Positions 61,602 to 64,000 of a stretch of 64,000 bases of DNA are shown in pieces. How positions within the stretch are numbered: the first letter of the stretch is position 1; every line of letters begins with the position of its first letter. Source of the stretch: Felis catus. Taxonomy: Eukaryota. The stretch spans positions 14,820,001 to 14,884,000 of the forward strand of contig NC_058383.1 of assembly GCF_018350175.1 (NCBI RefSeq), given 5' to 3'. The notes beneath the pieces were generated by a model. That model ran no database searches and was not told where the DNA came from. It saw only the letters and a list, made by a program, of their open reading frames with translations. A program made the position numbers and the translations under genes.

Positions 61602-62979
61602 TGTGTCTTTACCTGATGGAGTGACTGCAAAGCAGCTGATGGCCTCAGCTTTTGTTAAAGGAACTAATAGAAATTCTCTGCAAGAAAACTGTCAAGTTCT
61701 TTTAACTTCTGGGAAGTTCTTCCTTTGGCATTCCTTTGAGTAAGATGAGTGGTAAGTAAGTTGGTGACACTTGAAAGCTCTTAAACCGAACGGAAATTTG
61801 CCACGGGCGCACCAGATCCCTCGGGACTCCAAGACCTCGAGGAATCAGGGAAGATTTGCAACAATGTAAAAACTCCCTGTGAGCTGAGAGATCTGATGAC
61901 TGAATACACAAAGAACCGGAAAGAACTTTGAGGCAGACCCCACGATTTCATCGGAGTAACTCACCCCCAATAGCCCTGGCTCGTTTTTTTGTTGTTGTTG
62001 TTGTTGTTGTTTTTTATTAAGTGTAACTAATTCCATTTGCTTCTAGTCCATTCCACTTAGGTTTTGTTATAGGGAGTTGTGGGCAGAGACTCAAAAGCGC
62101 AAAATCTTCGTTCCACGAACAGAGGTATAAATTAAGATCTCTATTATTTTAAGAAGGAAACTTTTTCTGGAAATGTATCTCCGAAATGATGATGGGGGTC
62201 AACGGAAAACAGACTTTGCTATACGATATGTGCTTCGCTCCGGCTTTTCAGAAATATCTAAAGCAAGCAGCTAAATATAAAGCAAGGTCAAATCAGGCCT
62301 GCAAAGACATGGTGAATCACAATCAATCAGAGCCGTTGAGGACAAGGCTGGGACTGCTCATACCGCTGAACACCCCTGATGAAACATCTCTTTCCTGAAC
62401 CAGAAAATAAATGGTCACAGCTGCGCTTCGTGGTTGGCGCTGGGGTTCATTCGCCATATGGCCACCCTTATTATCATCCTTCCGGCAACTCCAGCAAAGT
62501 AACAGGACCGAGCGGTTTCTTCCAATCAGCCTGGAGGCCAAGTAAACATCTCCCTCCCATGGTCCTTTCCTTCAAAGGACTTCCCGACCCCATCATCTCC
62601 TGCTTCCTTTTTTTCACTTACACGCTTTATGCTCTACCTGAGAGTCCCAATGCCCACCACGCTGGACCCCTGAGGCCTGGGATCAAGCTGCTTTTCAGAG
62701 GGGGGGAGTGTGTTGAAAAAAAAAATAAGAAGAAGGCTTTTTCTTGGACCTTCAGTCAAGGCAGAATCTGAACGTCGGGAGGGTCACAACAGGTTTGGGG
62801 TAGCCTCCGGGTTTTAGACGAGGAAAGAACCTCAAAGATGTAAGGTGTTGTTTTTTTTGGAACTTTTTGAAAGTACAGTGAAACCTCACTCCCCCACCCG
62901 CCCCCGTCCCCGTGAGGTTGTATGTAGAAACCCAGTCAGTAAAGCAATAGGAAAGAGCTGTTATACCCAGACAACGCCA

Positions 62980-63357
62980 CATGATTTGGCCGTAAAAAAG
63001 AAAAAAAATGTCCTAATACATGCTACAACATGGATAAACCTTATGAACATTATGCTAAGTAAGAGCAGCCAGTCACAAAGGACCGTACGTTGTAGGATTC
63101 CATTGATATGACATGTCCAGAGAGGCACATCCACAGAGACCAGTAGATTAGTGGTTGCCTAGGGCTTGGGTGATAGAGGGATTGAGAGGTGGCAGCTAAA
63201 ACGCAGAGCTTCTTTTCGGAGTGGTGAAAATGTCCTAAAATTGATTATGGCGTTGGTTACCCAAATCTGCGAATACACTAAAAGCCACTGGTTCACACAA
63301 TTTCAATGGGTGAGTGTTATGGCATGTGAGTTCTGGCTCAGTAACGCTATTTAAAAG
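62980..63357 (+). mobile_element. Old L1 3' end (L1MB/MC-like)
   Basis: atacatgctacaacatggataaacct and agtagattagtggttgcctagggcttgg. Confidence 0.8.
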
Positions 63358-63577
63358 AGAGGGAGGGGAGGTGGAGAGAATTATGGTGGCTGTTCCACTA
63401 GCCCAGCCTCCTTCTTCACCCTGCCCTGCCAGTGGCCCCAGAACCACCTCTGCAGGGCCCTGGGACTCCACGGAATATTGTTTGAAAAACCCTAATCTAG
63501 CCCTCAAATGTAAACTGAGACATGAGCCCAAGCCTTCTGACCCCAAGCGCAAGGCCCTTTAACACCAAGGTCTCGCC

Positions 63578-63780
63578 GGGGCACCCGGGTGGCTCAGCCA
63601 GTTAAGGGTCCAACTCTTGATCTCACCTCGGGTCACGATCTCACAATTCATGAGTTCAAGCCCCGAGTGGGGCTCTGCGCTGACAGTTTGGAGCCTGCTT
63701 GGGATTCTCCTTCTCTCCCCCTCTCTCTGCCCCTCCCCTGCTCACACTCTCTTTGTGTCTCAAAACAAATGAATAAGCTT
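63578..63780 (+). mobile_element. Can-SINE 76 nt from the CALN1 donor, with a G-rich tract in place of an A tail
   Basis: Head ggggcacccgggtggctcag. TSD gtctcgc. gggggcggggtgggggggag lies between the SINE and the TSD. Confidence 0.93.
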
Positions 63781-63856
63781 GGGGGCGGGGTGGGGGGGAG
63801 TCTCGCTGACAAGCTGGGGCTCATCTCGGGGGCCATGCCGCGTGCCGGGGTCTCAC

Positions 63857-64000
63857 CGTCCATGTCCAGGCGCTGCATGATGATGGCCAGTTCCACCTCA
63901 CTCGGCATGTACCCCAAAGAGCGCATGGCCATTCCTAGCTCCTGCTTGGAGATGAAGCCGTTCCCATCTCGGTCCAGAACCCGAAAGGCCTCTCGGATCT
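63857..64000 (-). CDS. CALN1: Calneuron-1 (CaBP8) coding exon: EF-hand 1 and start of EF-hand 2; acceptor lies outside the window
   Basis: Minus strand translates (E)IREAFRVLDRDGNGFISKQELGMAMRSLGYMPSEVELAIIMQRLDMD(G), which matches calneuron-1 as I recall it. It contains the canonical EF loop DRDGNGFISKQE and ends at donor GACG|GTGAGA (63857/63856), phase 1. Confidence 0.96.

Larger units (their letters stand above)
888..63856 (-). other. CALN1: CALN1 GT-AG intron, 62,969 nt, phase 1, interrupting the EF-hand 2 loop
   Basis: The protein sequence is continuous across the two exons, so no constitutive coding exon is needed between them. Confidence 0.9.

Overview
Mammalian genomic DNA from a carnivore, most likely a felid, judging by the Can-SINE and L1 types. 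The window is almost entirely one 62,969-nt phase-1 intron (888-63856) of CALN1 (calneuron-1/CaBP8) on the minus strand. It is bounded by two coding exons: 63857-64000 (EF-hand 1 and the start of EF-hand 2) and 775-887 (rest of EF-hand 2). The intron holds about 30 Can-SINEs, young and ancient L1 fragments, a degenerate ERV-L provirus (gag, RT, RNaseH, IN, dUTPase, one MLT2-type LTR), a second ERVL-type gag relic, and MLT1, MER5A, L2, L3/CR1 and MIR remnants. No prokaryote-type system, RNA gene or new protein-coding gene is supported. The most interesting signals are structural: (1) an apparent 2-3 kb inversion bracketed by two complementary halves of one L1 (8.2-12.5 kb); (2) a 66-bp inverted duplication 2.4 kb apart near the acceptor; (3) a twin-primed L1 inside a MIR; (4) a sense-oriented ERV-L lacking its 3' LTR; (5) a compact RFX/POU motif cluster; (6) a candidate recursive splice site. 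Repeat family names come from recalled consensus sequences, not from a database search, and boundaries of old elements are approximate.
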